This document shows positions 20,144-30,809 of a stretch of 64,000 bases of DNA, one piece after another. The stretch is taken from positions 38,274-102,273 of IMG/VR virus record IMGVR_UViG_3300010371_000001, one strand, 5' to 3'. The DNA is from a virus. How positions within the stretch are numbered: position 1 is the first letter of the stretch; the number at the start of each line of letters is the position of its first letter. A program made the translations under genes and the position numbers. The notes under the pieces are model-generated. The model ran no database searches and was not told the origin of the DNA. It worked only from the letters and a program-made list of their open reading frames with translations.

Positions 20144-23100
20144 ATGACGGCCACGGTATGTCAAATTGGGGCATGGCAAACAAGCAACGATACGTTCATT
20201 GCTCACCCCAATTCCCCCACTGGCGCAATCCTCAACCTCAACGACGGCACCACGTTCTCGCTGCTGGATACCAGCGGCACGGGGACGGGGCTGGACTGGG
20301 GGCAGATGAAGCGCGAGGTGCTCACCACGGGCAATCCGCGCACGACGGGCAGCCGTGTCACCAGCGCGACCTATCGGGAGAATCGGGAGATCAAGCTGCA
20401 CCTCGTGCTGGGGCCAACGGCGACTTTTGCCGTGTTACAGACAGCCATCCACACCCTCATCCAGACGTGCCGGGGCATCACCAACGAGTATCCCGGCGCA
20501 TTGCAATTCCAGTCCAGTGGCGAGGCCAATCCGATCTATTTCGACATCCTGGAAGCGCACGTGGATGCGCGCTTCCAGGAGTTGCTGTGGATACAAAACA
20601 TTGATGATTCGTTCGAGGTGACGCTGACCTGTAAGCCATTTGGGCGCGGGGCGCGGGTGTGGTTGCAAAACTTGGTCAACAATCCGGGGGCGGAAGCACC
20701 GAGTGGGCCAGGGGTCACGGTGTTTAATGATCCGCTGACGAACCTCAATGCATATCAGACGGCCTACATCGGCACGGTGCTGGCAGACTCGCCCGTGTCA
20801 TTTTGGAAGACCAATGAAGCGTCTGGCACGACGATGACCGATAGCGTTGGTACGAACAACGGCTCCACGGGCGTGGGCGTGACCGTGGGACAAGCGGCGT
20901 TCAACGGCGAGGCAGATCTGGGGAGTTATAGCTATGCGTCCAGCTTCTCCAACGTCCTCTACACGGCGGCACTCAACACTGCCACATGGACGATTGAAGC
21001 ATGGGTGAACCCTAGTGGCGGCGCAGGCACGCAGCGCACGATCATCAGCAATCAGAGCAATTTCAAGGGCATCCAAATCCAGGCATCAGGCGGCAATGTC
21101 TACTCGGTGCAGATTGGCAATGGCGCGTCCTTCCCAACAGTGACCGGCGGCACGGCGACCGTGGGATCGTGGGCACATGTTGTCGCCACGTTTGGGAGCG
21201 GCACGCTCACGCTCTATGTCAATGGCTCCCAGGTCGGACAAACTGGAAGCCTGGCATTCGTTGCTAATACGTCGAACAACTGGGTCATTGGGGAAACGTC
21301 GGCACTTACTGCGCCCTGGCCTGGCAATATTGGCCCCGTTGCCATTTACAATACGGCCCTTTCATCGGGTCGGGTCAGCGCGCATTATAGTGCTGCTGGT
21401 TCTGGCAGCACGCTCACCCAGGACAAATTCACCTATCTGGATGCCGTCATTGCTGATGCACCGTTGCGCTACTACCGCATGGATGAAGCGAGTGGCACGG
21501 TGGCACGCGACGCGATGTTTTCTGGCAATAATGGCACCTACACGGGGACGCCGACGCTCGGTGTTGCGGGCGCACTCACCAGTGACCCACAGTCAGACAC
21601 CGCCATCACCCTCAACGGTACGACGGATTATGTGACAGCAGGTGGCGCTGGACTCCCCACTGGCAACGCGACGCACGCTCTGGATGCCTGGGTCAAGATT
21701 GCAGGCAACCCCGCATCGACGGCCTTTGTCCTTACACTGGGTGATGGCAATACCGCAGGACATTTTAGCAGTATCCAACTCACGACGGCAAGCAAGGTAC
21801 AATGGTCCAATGGCACCAACACCGTGACATCTGCGTCAGCGATTTCCTTCAACTCCTGGCATCATGTGGGCATGACGTATGATGGCACGACGGTGATTCT
21901 TGAGGTGGATGGCGCTCAAGTCGGCACGGCAACACCCACCAATACGCTCAGCATGCCGACCAATGCGGTCATGATCGGCGCGAGATTCACCACCGTCGCT
22001 ACGGCATTTCTCACCGGCAGCATTGATGAGTGTGCGGTCTACGGCACCAACATTGGTCTCTCGCGGCTCTCGGCACACTACAATGCGGGACACAATGCAC
22101 CCAGCGTCACAGCCAATACGATGGCCATCCCTGCTGGCATGCAGGTGGCATTCGGTAGCCCTGCCTGGACGAGTTACAATCAGTGGCAGATTCGCTTCCG
22201 CTGGGTGACGGGCGGAACGGTCAAGTTTTTCTTGCATTACCTGGATGCCAATAACTATCTGCTCTGCCAAATGCAGAGCACGTCGCTCACCTTGATCAAT
22301 GTTGCGGGGGGCGCGTCAACCACGATTGCCACCAGCGGCAGCGTGGTGTTGACCAACGGGATGCAGTATTGGCTGCAAATCACGCAATTTCCGGTTGCTC
22401 CGCAAATTGATACAGGAGCGGGCCTCACGGGGACACTCGGAACCCCGTTTGTCCAGGCGACGATCCTGGTGGATAGCGCTGGGACGGTGGGAAGTAGCAT
22501 TGCATCCATTGGCCCCGCCGCAGCGACAGATACGAGTCAATATACCAGCCTGGGATCAAGTTCCAGCCTCAACGGTCGTGCGCAAATTGCGGCAAGCGGA
22601 GCAACACTGGGCATCGGCGGCAATTTTTCCAACGTCAATCAGGTGCAGTTGTTTGGGCCAGGTGGCTGGACGTGTACCAGTACGGGTTCAGGATACGCCA
22701 GTGGCGCGTGGGAGTCGTTCACAACGACGCCTACCGTCATTGGCAACACCTACGGTGCCGGTCCAGTCATCTCCTATGGTGCTGGGCGCATTGATGCCCC
22801 GCCAGCGGGAACGCTCAATGCCCAATGGGCGAGCGGATCATCGGGCAACACCGGGAATATGATCCTGTATGGTATACCTGCCACACAAGGGCAGGTGATG
22901 GGCGTGTTTGGCTATCTCATGACATCAGGGGTGGGGTCTGGCTGTGTCGAGTCGCTGGGCGTCATTGAATACAACAGCAATGGATCGCAGCAGGCATCTG
23001 GCACCGTAGCGACGCATACGGGGGGATTGAGTAGTTATACCAAACTGAGCGGCACCTATACGGTAGCAAATGCCAACACCAATTATTGTCTTATCTACGT

Positions 23101-24163
23101 CAACGCAACGGATAGCACGGCTGGGGCAAGTGCAAACGGCACCGTGTGGTGGGATAACGTGTGCGCCTGGAACCAGACCACCACTGGCATGACCACTATG
23201 CCGTATTGCGAGTTACGCTTCCCACAAGCCCCTGCCATGTTCGTGGTGAGTGGTCTCACAGGCGACATGCCCGCTCCTGCGCTATTCAGTGTCGGCATCA
23301 ACATTGGCACAACCGCATGGCCCAATAATCGCAACGCCAATCTCTTTCTGGGACGGCGACCGTATTTCAGTAAATATGCGCAATTGGTCACACCCGCCTA
23401 TCCCTTCACCACCACCAACATCCAGCCCACACTTGCCACCTCGGCCTATGGGGGCTTTTACTTGCAAACAACCTCCAATGCCACCACCCAACTGGCAACG
23501 TTTCCCAGCCTCCCCTCCGATGCATCAGGGCAGAACCTTATCGCTGGCACCTACCATGCATTTAGCCGCATGCAGGTTACGGGTGCTGCGACGCCAACCG
23601 CCGTTTCCGCTACCGCGAATGAGTTCTACTACGGTGGCGGTACCTTCCCTACGTATGCCTATCCAACACAGCAGCCATTTTCCGCCAACAGCGCATGGAC
23701 CCTTGCGGACCTCGGTCAAGTCTTTGGCAATATTTCCCCCCCCAGCACATTAACAGGCCAGGGAAACTGGGTGCAGCCTTTTGTTGGCTGCGACAGTTCC
23801 AGCAAGACCGCTTTCTGCAACTACATGGTGCTGGTCCCAGTAGACGGTGAGTATTTTAGCCTTCTTGCCACGAACACCACCTCTGGATTTAGTGCGGGAT
23901 GGGTCCATACCTATCTTGACGGGCAAAACCGCAGTTGCTCCTACACGGTCGATACTGCCGCTGCAAGCAATACTGCTTTTGCATTCACGAACGTTGGCGT
24001 AACAGCGAGCGTAACGAGCCTGGGCTACAGTCAGCCCATTGTCGATCCTGATCTCGGTAGCGGGACCAATCAGTTTGGCTTCGTGGCGCAAGACAGTACA
24101 GGCAACATTCTCCCGTGTTCGCTCGAAGTCATCTACTCCCCTCAGTTCGGCTTCACATCGTAG
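20144..24163 (+). CDS. Distal tail protein fused to two LamG/concanavalin-like domains and carbohydrate-binding-like modules
   Basis: Directly follows the tape measure. LamG motifs WTIEAWV..WAHVVAT..LYVNG and WHHVGMT..GSIDECAVY. Confidence 0.8.
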   Translation: MTATVCQIGAWQTSNDTFIAHPNSPTGAILNLNDGTTFSLLDTSGTGTGLDWGQMKREVLTTGNPRTTGSRVTSATYRENREIKLHLVLGPTATFAVLQTAIHTLIQTCRGITNEYPGALQFQSSGEANPIYFDILEAHVDARFQELLWIQNIDDSFEVTLTCKPFGRGARVWLQNLVNNPGAEAPSGPGVTVFNDPLTNLNAYQTAYIGTVLADSPVSFWKTNEASGTTMTDSVGTNNGSTGVGVTVGQAAFNGEADLGSYSYASSFSNVLYTAALNTATWTIEAWVNPSGGAGTQRTIISNQSNFKGIQIQASGGNVYSVQIGNGASFPTVTGGTATVGSWAHVVATFGSGTLTLYVNGSQVGQTGSLAFVANTSNNWVIGETSALTAPWPGNIGPVAIYNTALSSGRVSAHYSAAGSGSTLTQDKFTYLDAVIADAPLRYYRMDEASGTVARDAMFSGNNGTYTGTPTLGVAGALTSDPQSDTAITLNGTTDYVTAGGAGLPTGNATHALDAWVKIAGNPASTAFVLTLGDGNTAGHFSSIQLTTASKVQWSNGTNTVTSASAISFNSWHHVGMTYDGTTVILEVDGAQVGTATPTNTLSMPTNAVMIGARFTTVATAFLTGSIDECAVYGTNIGLSRLSAHYNAGHNAPSVTANTMAIPAGMQVAFGSPAWTSYNQWQIRFRWVTGGTVKFFLHYLDANNYLLCQMQSTSLTLINVAGGASTTIATSGSVVLTNGMQYWLQITQFPVAPQIDTGAGLTGTLGTPFVQATILVDSAGTVGSSIASIGPAAATDTSQYTSLGSSSSLNGRAQIAASGATLGIGGNFSNVNQVQLFGPGGWTCTSTGSGYASGAWESFTTTPTVIGNTYGAGPVISYGAGRIDAPPAGTLNAQWASGSSGNTGNMILYGIPATQGQVMGVFGYLMTSGVGSGCVESLGVIEYNSNGSQQASGTVATHTGGLSSYTKLSGTYTVANANTNYCLIYVNATDSTAGASANGTVWWDNVCAWNQTTTGMTTMPYCELRFPQAPAMFVVSGLTGDMPAPALFSVGINIGTTAWPNNRNANLFLGRRPYFSKYAQLVTPAYPFTTTNIQPTLATSAYGGFYLQTTSNATTQLATFPSLPSDASGQNLIAGTYHAFSRMQVTGAATPTAVSATANEFYYGGGTFPTYAYPTQQPFSANSAWTLADLGQVFGNISPPSTLTGQGNWVQPFVGCDSSSKTAFCNYMVLVPVDGEYFSLLATNTTSGFSAGWVHTYLDGQNRSCSYTVDTAAASNTAFAFTNVGVTASVTSLGYSQPIVDPDLGSGTNQFGFVAQDSTGNILPCSLEVIYSPQFGFTS

Positions 24164-24172
24164 AGGTGCCGC

Positions 24173-25681
24173 ATGGCCATTACGCAGCCCCCCATCGTCG
24201 CCTATTTCTACAGCCTCAGTCAGGCGTTGCCTGCTGTGGACTACGGATGGCAATTGGAGAACGTCAAACTGACCACCGTGTCGCCAGGAGGGTTTGGCGA
24301 TTTCACGGCGGACCTTTACGTATCGCAGAGCCAGATCGTCCCTGCGGCTTTCACCTCATTCAATAATGTGGCTGTCGCCTGCGAGGACACGTGGATCTTC
24401 TTGGGGCGACTGGATGAGCCTGGCCCGGCGTTGGACACGGCGCAAGGCCCCGTCATCCACCTGAGTGCCTTAGGTGCGGCGGACGTGCTCAAAGATGATC
24501 CCCAAGATTCGGCTTACACCACCCAGACCGCCACGCAGATCATTGAGGATCAGTTGACTGGCCCCACCGGTGCCGCGCATCCGCGCAGCAATTATCTCCT
24601 CATCTCAACCGATTACACGACGATTCTGCCGGATGCGCCATCGGCCCAATTTACCCCCGTCTTTACCGGCAAAACCATTGAAGATGTCCTCAACGAGATG
24701 ATCAACGATCTCGGCGACTACACCTGGGGCATGTGGGATCACCCTACACAGAAAGACGCCCAAGGGTTCCCTAAGTGGCAACTACAAGTCCACCAACGGA
24801 ATTTCTCCATCGCGTCACCGTCGGTCAATTATCGCATCACTCAGGATCAGATCATTGATTTCGAGATCCGCCCAGCAGTGGAATACTCGTTCAATAGCGC
24901 CTACCTCACCTACCGCGATCCGACAAGCCAGAATCCCAACGCCGTGCAGGTACAAGACTCACGACTCAATAGCAATCGCAGCCAAGGCACGGCACCATTT
25001 CCCTATCGACTGCTGCGCAAGGATGTCAGTGAGGCACTGTTGACGACTACCCAGGCGACGGCACTAGCCAATGCACTGCTGAACCAGTACAAGAATGGTA
25101 GCTACAAAATCACGCTCAAGGTCAGCGGGATCAGCAATGGTAATGGCCAGGAGATCCCCCTTCCCACCGTGCGCGCAGATACTAATGTCTTTGTCGATCT
25201 GCTCTCGCCACTGGGCAACACGCTACCGACCGGACTGGTGAAGGATAACGGGCTATACTACATCACCGAGACCGAATACAACGAGACATCCGGGCAAGCA
25301 CCAGAGCTGACACTCACCTGTGACTCGTTCTACGACACCACGGCGTTTCAACTGGCGCGCATCCAACGTATCGCGCACCAAAAGGCGAAGAATCATAAAG
25401 GCAAGGGGACGGTACAGCAGCCAAACATCGCAGAGAAGGGCAGCGTCGGCACAAGCTGGGGGGCGAATGCGGTAAGCACTGATGCCTATGAGGAGGGTGT
25501 GAATTTTCGGGCGACGATGACATCGGCACCGACGAGCATCACCCTCACGGCGACAGCCTCAACCAATGCCAAAACGCCAAGTGTCGCCAACATTACCACG
25601 ACGGGGTTTGAATTTATCGTACAGCCAAATGCCAATGGTGCCGGTAAATGGTTTGGGGCCTACTCTACAAATGGAAATTAA
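24173..25681 (+). CDS. Tail tip/baseplate hub protein
   Basis: Position after the distal tail protein; PGGFG..GRL motif; YYITETEY C-terminal OB-like region. Confidence 0.65.
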   Translation: MAITQPPIVAYFYSLSQALPAVDYGWQLENVKLTTVSPGGFGDFTADLYVSQSQIVPAAFTSFNNVAVACEDTWIFLGRLDEPGPALDTAQGPVIHLSALGAADVLKDDPQDSAYTTQTATQIIEDQLTGPTGAAHPRSNYLLISTDYTTILPDAPSAQFTPVFTGKTIEDVLNEMINDLGDYTWGMWDHPTQKDAQGFPKWQLQVHQRNFSIASPSVNYRITQDQIIDFEIRPAVEYSFNSAYLTYRDPTSQNPNAVQVQDSRLNSNRSQGTAPFPYRLLRKDVSEALLTTTQATALANALLNQYKNGSYKITLKVSGISNGNGQEIPLPTVRADTNVFVDLLSPLGNTLPTGLVKDNGLYYITETEYNETSGQAPELTLTCDSFYDTTAFQLARIQRIAHQKAKNHKGKGTVQQPNIAEKGSVGTSWGANAVSTDAYEEGVNFRATMTSAPTSITLTATASTNAKTPSVANITTTGFEFIVQPNANGAGKWFGAYSTNGN

Positions 25682-25704
25682 CCTACGCTGGATAGGATGG
25701 CGCT

Positions 25705-26166
25705 ATGCTCACTCACGTTGATCTCGTCAATCATACCTTGGACTTCCGCTGCGAACACTGCTACGGGCACCACACGCAGCTGCCCATTCACCCGCAGCAC
25801 GGCCACGTCACGGTGCGAGTTGATGATTGCTACGTCACATGTCCATCGTGTCGTGCGCATGCGGAGAGCGGTACGCCATGTCCAGAATGTGTCGGCACCG
25901 AGGGTGAGGTACACGGACACACGGTGGAGATCTTCCGCTTCAACCATCTCACTGATGTTGACGCGGGCTGGGTCGAGTCAGCGGACTCACTGGTCGGTAC
26001 CGTATTGGAAGGCGGCAACGTGGTCGTGCTAGATGACCGGCGTGGGGTGAGCAATCCCGCACGGCAGCGCCAGGCACGGCTTATCCTGGCGCTACAGCGT
26101 CACCCGTATGTTGTGGCGGCACGGGAAGCCGCCACGGCCACGACCAATTTCAGCGCACATAGATGA
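25705..26166 (+). CDS. Cys/His-rich hypothetical protein
   Basis: Three CxxC motifs; GGATAGG upstream. Confidence 0.45.
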   Translation: MLTHVDLVNHTLDFRCEHCYGHHTQLPIHPQHGHVTVRVDDCYVTCPSCRAHAESGTPCPECVGTEGEVHGHTVEIFRFNHLTDVDAGWVESADSLVGTVLEGGNVVVLDDRRGVSNPARQRQARLILALQRHPYVVAAREAATATTNFSAHR

Positions 26167-26434
26167 GCATGACACCGGTAATGGCCCCACTCACCACCAC
26201 ACTGAGTGGCATCCAGCGGGGCCACAAGACGCATACACACCATGTCATTCCACGGCAAAGCAAGAGGAGAATGACCAACTCACCCAACCGTGGCAGAGGA
26301 AATGGGGACTCGGCAAGCCGCACAAGTAAGGATGCGAAAAATGCAAAGAACCACACATTTGCATGGCGCTGATTCACCTCCTCGCGCTCATCAATAGTTT
26401 CATCTGCTTGCGCTGAACGCATGGTCGTCCCCTC

Positions 26435-28075
26435 CTATGGCGTGATGACGGAATAGCTGATCCGGCTCGCCCCTTGCGGCACATAGGAGCCGCCAGTTAG
26501 GCCAATAGATGCGGACCCCGACCTCACGCCTTGCACTGCGTTCACGGTGGCAAGCGCCGCTCCTTTTGTTTCACCGACGATTAACGGTGAAATGGTGGAT
26601 GCTGCACTCACTGAACTCCATTTCCACCCTGCTAGCCCGCTTGCCGCGCAGGTGATGGTCACGCTCGTGGCGCTGCCAGTACCATGTGAACCGCCGCCAG
26701 TGCAAATGGCATCATGGGCAGGAAGTATCTGCCAACTTCCCGCTGGCGTCAGACCACTCACCGCATCCTGCAACTGTTGCACCTCAAATGCCTGCACGGC
26801 GGCATTGCTGTAATACGTCTCGGTTCCGGTTCCCGCCACACTCACGGAGTATTGGAAAAGCGCGTTCTTCGCGGTGTTCGCCGCAGGTGTGCAGGTGGCA
26901 TGCGCGTCGTCATAGGTGTGGCCGATAGAGAAGCGCGTCGAATTCCCTGGCAACGCACCTTGTAACTCTATGTCCAACTTCCCTTGTGCGGCAGCTTCGG
27001 CAGCAGCGCTATTATCGCTGGCGCAAGTGCTGGGCACGGTCCACGTTGCCTGCGATCCTCCTGCTGTGCTTGTCCCCTGATACAGCCATCCACCAAGCGT
27101 GACGTTATATGTTGCGGAGGGTTCCGCTTGTTGTGGCTCAACACACAATTGAACAGTATTGGCACCGGCTGCCAGCGGAGTGACGGTCGATCCTGTGTTT
27201 TGTGTACTGCAAGCGACAAAGTCACCTGATGCGTTCTTGGTGCCGCTCGTCACATTGATACCTTGCGGGACGTTCTGTTTTACGCCGGTATTGTTGGTGA
27301 CCTTGATGAGGAACGAGACCTGAGAGCCGAAATCGGTTTCTGGTGCATTAAACCCGGTAGTAGATGTATCTCCTACGGCAACGCTTACGTTGGCGACGCT
27401 CGCGGCGATATCGCCCACGCCTGTTGAGGCGGTGAGGGTTTGTTTTGCCGAGGTAATGCTCTTGGATGCAGCCGTAAACGTCACCGCTGCATGACTGGCG
27501 TAGGGAATTGGTGTTGCCGTTGGCACCGGAGTGAAGGTCGGTTGGCCGGGAGGTGCGGTGGGCTGCGCGGTGGCGGGGGGCGGCGGTATAGCTGTTGGCA
27601 CCTTCGTGGGCAGCGGCGTTTGTCCAGGTTTCAGTGTCGCGGTTGGCGTTGGCTTGTCGGTGGCGACGGCCACGGGGCCATTGGGCACAGAAGATGTCGT
27701 GCTATTCCCGTCGCGCGTCAAGAGGATGCCCGCACCGCCAGCAACCAGGAACACCAGCGACGCAAGCGCTAAGATCGTCCAGTTTCTCCGCCTACGCCCA
27801 CGTGGCGAGGTCATGCCCTGTTGCCCTCGGCCTGGGGGCGGTGGCGGCGCGTAACCGGGCATCGGTGCGCCATACGGTGTCGATGGCGGGCCACCGGAGG
27901 CATAGCCGCCACCCCAAGGCCCACTGGCAGTGTCATATGGCCCAGTCGGCGGCACGTGATCCGCCGAGAGCGGCGCGCTCCACGGACTGCCGCCCGGATT
28001 GAAGGGTGTGCTGGGCGGATCGCCGCTGGGTGTTTTGCGCGCCGGTGGAAGGTCGAAGTTCGAGTCGTCGTTCAT
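26435..28075 (-). CDS. Membrane-anchored surface protein (moron)
   Basis: Pro-rich N-terminus, one TM helix after RRRR, a P/T linker and a Cys-containing beta-rich ectodomain; antisense to the late operon. Confidence 0.7.
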   Translation of the reverse strand: MNDDSNFDLPPARKTPSGDPPSTPFNPGGSPWSAPLSADHVPPTGPYDTASGPWGGGYASGGPPSTPYGAPMPGYAPPPPPGRGQQGMTSPRGRRRRNWTILALASLVFLVAGGAGILLTRDGNSTTSSVPNGPVAVATDKPTPTATLKPGQTPLPTKVPTAIPPPPATAQPTAPPGQPTFTPVPTATPIPYASHAAVTFTAASKSITSAKQTLTASTGVGDIAASVANVSVAVGDTSTTGFNAPETDFGSQVSFLIKVTNNTGVKQNVPQGINVTSGTKNASGDFVACSTQNTGSTVTPLAAGANTVQLCVEPQQAEPSATYNVTLGGWLYQGTSTAGGSQATWTVPSTCASDNSAAAEAAAQGKLDIELQGALPGNSTRFSIGHTYDDAHATCTPAANTAKNALFQYSVSVAGTGTETYYSNAAVQAFEVQQLQDAVSGLTPAGSWQILPAHDAICTGGGSHGTGSATSVTITCAASGLAGWKWSSVSAASTISPLIVGETKGAALATVNAVQGVRSGSASIGLTGGSYVPQGASRISYSVITP

Positions 28076-28195
28076 GAGTGCAATGAATCCTTTACCGTGA
28101 TGCGAATAACGTCTGTTTCCCCGCGCCATTAGACCAAATCCGCGCCCCATTGTCAACCCCTCAGCACGGACGCCATCCCCCACTTGGAGTCACCC

Positions 28196-28606
28196 ATGAC
28201 CCGAAACGATGACATGCTCCGCTCGCTGCAAACCATCGTGCAGGGCGCAACGGCCCCGCTGCAACAGATGCTCTCCCAGGTCAGCGCGAAAGTGGACACC
28301 CTCACTGCCGACCACGTGCGCCGCTCGGATCTCGATGACATGCGGCGCGAGATGAGCCAGGGTTTCGCCGCGATGGAGAGCAAGTTTGTGCCGAGGGACT
28401 TGGGCGAGCAACGCTACAAAGATCTCGTCTCGGATCTCGCGAATCACCAGAAGGCCATAGAGGCGCTCGGCACGAAGATGGACGCAATGGATGAGAAGCG
28501 CCAGGAACGGGGATTCACCCTGAGTAGCCAAGTGGTCATGTGGATTCTCATGAGCCTGGAATTGGCCGCGTCCATCATCGCCATTATTATCGCAGTGCAT
28601 CATTAG
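28196..28606 (+). CDS. Coiled-coil protein with C-terminal TM helix (holin/lysis-accessory-like)
   Basis: GGAG RBS; hydrophobic C-terminus. Confidence 0.55.
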   Translation: MTRNDDMLRSLQTIVQGATAPLQQMLSQVSAKVDTLTADHVRRSDLDDMRREMSQGFAAMESKFVPRDLGEQRYKDLVSDLANHQKAIEALGTKMDAMDEKRQERGFTLSSQVVMWILMSLELAASIIAIIIAVHH

Positions 28607-28615
28607 GAGAACACC

Positions 28616-29167
28616 ATGCCCCGCAAACCCAAAGCACCCAGCACCACGCTCGCCCATGTTCATCTGACCAAAGAGAGCGTCGCCACGGTGGAGGAAACTC
28701 CTCCTCATGCGCCAAGAGTTGAGACCGAAGCCTACAAGAAGGCGCACAACTTTCTTATCAACGAGAAGAAACAGGGATGTCACATCTGCGGCGTAACGGT
28801 GGATACCATAAGCGATCCAGCGCGTAACCCTGTTGGGGCAGTCCAGTTGGAAAGTCACCACTATCCAGTGGAGCGCAGCTTGCTCGATGCTGTGGACCCC
28901 AAGAAGGTGCATGTCGATTTCCCCACCGTGTATGATCGTGCAACGTTAGAAGCCTGGGTGGATAGTCCTGAGAATCTTTTGGTGGTCTGCGACCGGCACC
29001 ATCGCGGAGGTGAAACGGGCATTCACCACTTACTCACCCAGGATTGGATCATTCAAAAATATCTCCTGGATGGCTATGTCGTTGCCGCCACCGCCGCCGA
29101 CGCATCCGCCGTTGAGGCGAAAGACGAGCAGATCGAGCAACAAGCGGGGATGGAGCCAGCCGCATGA
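28616..29167 (+). CDS. HNH-like nuclease-fold protein
   Basis: CHICG..LESHH..ENLLVVCDRHH. Confidence 0.6.
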   Translation: MPRKPKAPSTTLAHVHLTKESVATVEETPPHAPRVETEAYKKAHNFLINEKKQGCHICGVTVDTISDPARNPVGAVQLESHHYPVERSLLDAVDPKKVHVDFPTVYDRATLEAWVDSPENLLVVCDRHHRGGETGIHHLLTQDWIIQKYLLDGYVVAATAADASAVEAKDEQIEQQAGMEPAA

Positions 29168-29298
29168 ACCTGGACGCCCTCTACATACACTGCACCGCCA
29201 CACTCCTCGGCCACGCCCTCTTCTGGCTCGGTGGCTGGATGGCGAACATCCTGGCGTTGCTGCTGCTCATATGGGCGGTGACGGCGGGCGGGCGCTAG
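29164..29298 (+). CDS. 44-aa hydrophobic peptide
   Basis: ATGA overlap with the previous stop; MNLDALYIH..WMANILALLLLIWAV; below the ORF-track cutoff. Confidence 0.4.
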   Translation: MNLDALYIHCTATLLGHALFWLGGWMANILALLLLIWAVTAGGR

Positions 29299-29537
29299 GG
29301 GCTACCAGACATATTCCAGAGCAAAATGAGCAATCCGAATCCACCAAAGATAACGAAGAAGGCAGTCATGTAGATGGTATTAAAGAGATTTAGCCTCCGA
29401 AATTGATTGCCGCAATAGCGACATCGCCATGACCCAAAGAAGAACATGGATTGCTCATCAATACGCTTTGCGGCACATCCACACTTGGGACATGGTAGCC
29501 ACTTCGCCATTGCCACTAATTCCTCTGACTCATCCAT
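29295..29537 (-). CDS. Small Zn-ribbon + TM protein (low-GC moron)
   Basis: CPKC..CRYC and a C-terminal TM helix; GAGGA upstream. Confidence 0.55.
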   Translation of the reverse strand: MDESEELVAMAKWLPCPKCGCAAKRIDEQSMFFFGSWRCRYCGNQFRRLNLFNTIYMTAFFVIFGGFGLLILLWNMSGSP

Positions 29538-29583
29538 TCTTCATTCCTCGTTCCCCGTCAGTTTACCACAGAGAGGCACACGT

Positions 29584-30069
29584 ATGTCCCTATACCATCG
29601 CGTCACCTCGTGGCTGGAATCAACGTTGTTTCCCGCCATCGTCGCCTATGTTACCAATCCCCTCATCATCCTTGGCACCATTCTCCTGTTGCTGCCCCTG
29701 CTTGTCTGGGCAACGAACACGACGGTTGTGCTGCTCAGTAACTCGTACCTCAACGTTGCCAGCGCCAGCGTGAGTAGTATTGTCCTTTTGCAGCAATTGG
29801 TTCACCACAAGGAGAATCGCCGTCTGCACGAGGGCAACGCCGCACAATTGACGGCATTGGCCCAGCAGCACGCCGAAGAAGCCGCTCGCCACGAAGACAT
29901 GGTGGCGCAGGTGGTGCGCTCCCATGCCGCTCTCGCCGCCAGTCACGACGCCCTACACGCCAAAGTCGATGCACTGGCCACGCCGCCGAAGGTCGCCAAC
30001 ACGCAGGCACGCGACGACAAGGGGCGGTTTACGAAGGCCGCGCCGATGGCGGAAGGAGCATCATCATGA
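29584..30069 (+). CDS. Membrane protein, holin-like
   Basis: Two hydrophobic segments plus a coiled coil; directly upstream of the peptidase. Confidence 0.5.
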   Translation: MSLYHRVTSWLESTLFPAIVAYVTNPLIILGTILLLLPLLVWATNTTVVLLSNSYLNVASASVSSIVLLQQLVHHKENRRLHEGNAAQLTALAQQHAEEAARHEDMVAQVVRSHAALAASHDALHAKVDALATPPKVANTQARDDKGRFTKAAPMAEGASS

Positions 30070-30773
30070 CCGCCGCCCCACCACACGTTCACATCGTCGT
30101 CCCCAACTTCACAGCCCTGACCGAGTTCCCCTCAGAGCGCCCCGATATCAAAGATGACTGCGGCCCATGTGCCAGCGAGGTGTGTATTGCCGCTTGTGAG
30201 CGTCGCGCCCCCGCAACGGGCAACATGATCGAGATCCGCAGCCGTGATATCCAAGCGGGCAAGTTCCGTGTCAACGGCGGGCAAACACTGGATGAACTGG
30301 AATGGGATGTTCACGCGCATACCACCATCGAAACGACGAAAACGCCGCTGGGGTCATCTGTGGATGCTATTCACACGGCGCTGAAAGCAGCGGCCATGCG
30401 CGGCAATCCCTGTGTGCTGAACCTGGCACTGGCGACCAATCTTCCAGGGAACGAGCCAGACGTCCACTATCATTTCATCGCCATAGGTGGCATTGATAGC
30501 AACCAGGGATACTTATGCGCCAACGGAGATAAGTTTCCGTTCGGACACATCGGAACCTATTGGGTGCGCTGGAATCCTGGCATTGAACAAGCCCAGCCCA
30601 TCGGCTTACTCGAATATCACATGCCAGCCCCGCCACGTCCCTTGCCACCGCCAGTCGTGCGCCCCATCCCCACACCAGTGCCAGCGAGCGATGATAAGCT
30701 GCAACTGGCGCTGCGCACTGTCGCCACGCAACTGAGCCAGGCACAGGCGACGATCAGTGATGCGCTGAAATAG
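30066..30773 (+). CDS. C39-like cysteine peptidase, putative endolysin
   Basis: DCGPCA..HFIAIGG..ANGD Cys-His-Asx triad pattern; lysis-cassette context. Confidence 0.6.
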   Translation: MTAAPPHVHIVVPNFTALTEFPSERPDIKDDCGPCASEVCIAACERRAPATGNMIEIRSRDIQAGKFRVNGGQTLDELEWDVHAHTTIETTKTPLGSSVDAIHTALKAAAMRGNPCVLNLALATNLPGNEPDVHYHFIAIGGIDSNQGYLCANGDKFPFGHIGTYWVRWNPGIEQAQPIGLLEYHMPAPPRPLPPPVVRPIPTPVPASDDKLQLALRTVATQLSQAQATISDALK

Positions 30774-30809
30774 GGCGGCGCATCACTCAATCACACGTGA
30801 GGTGCAACT

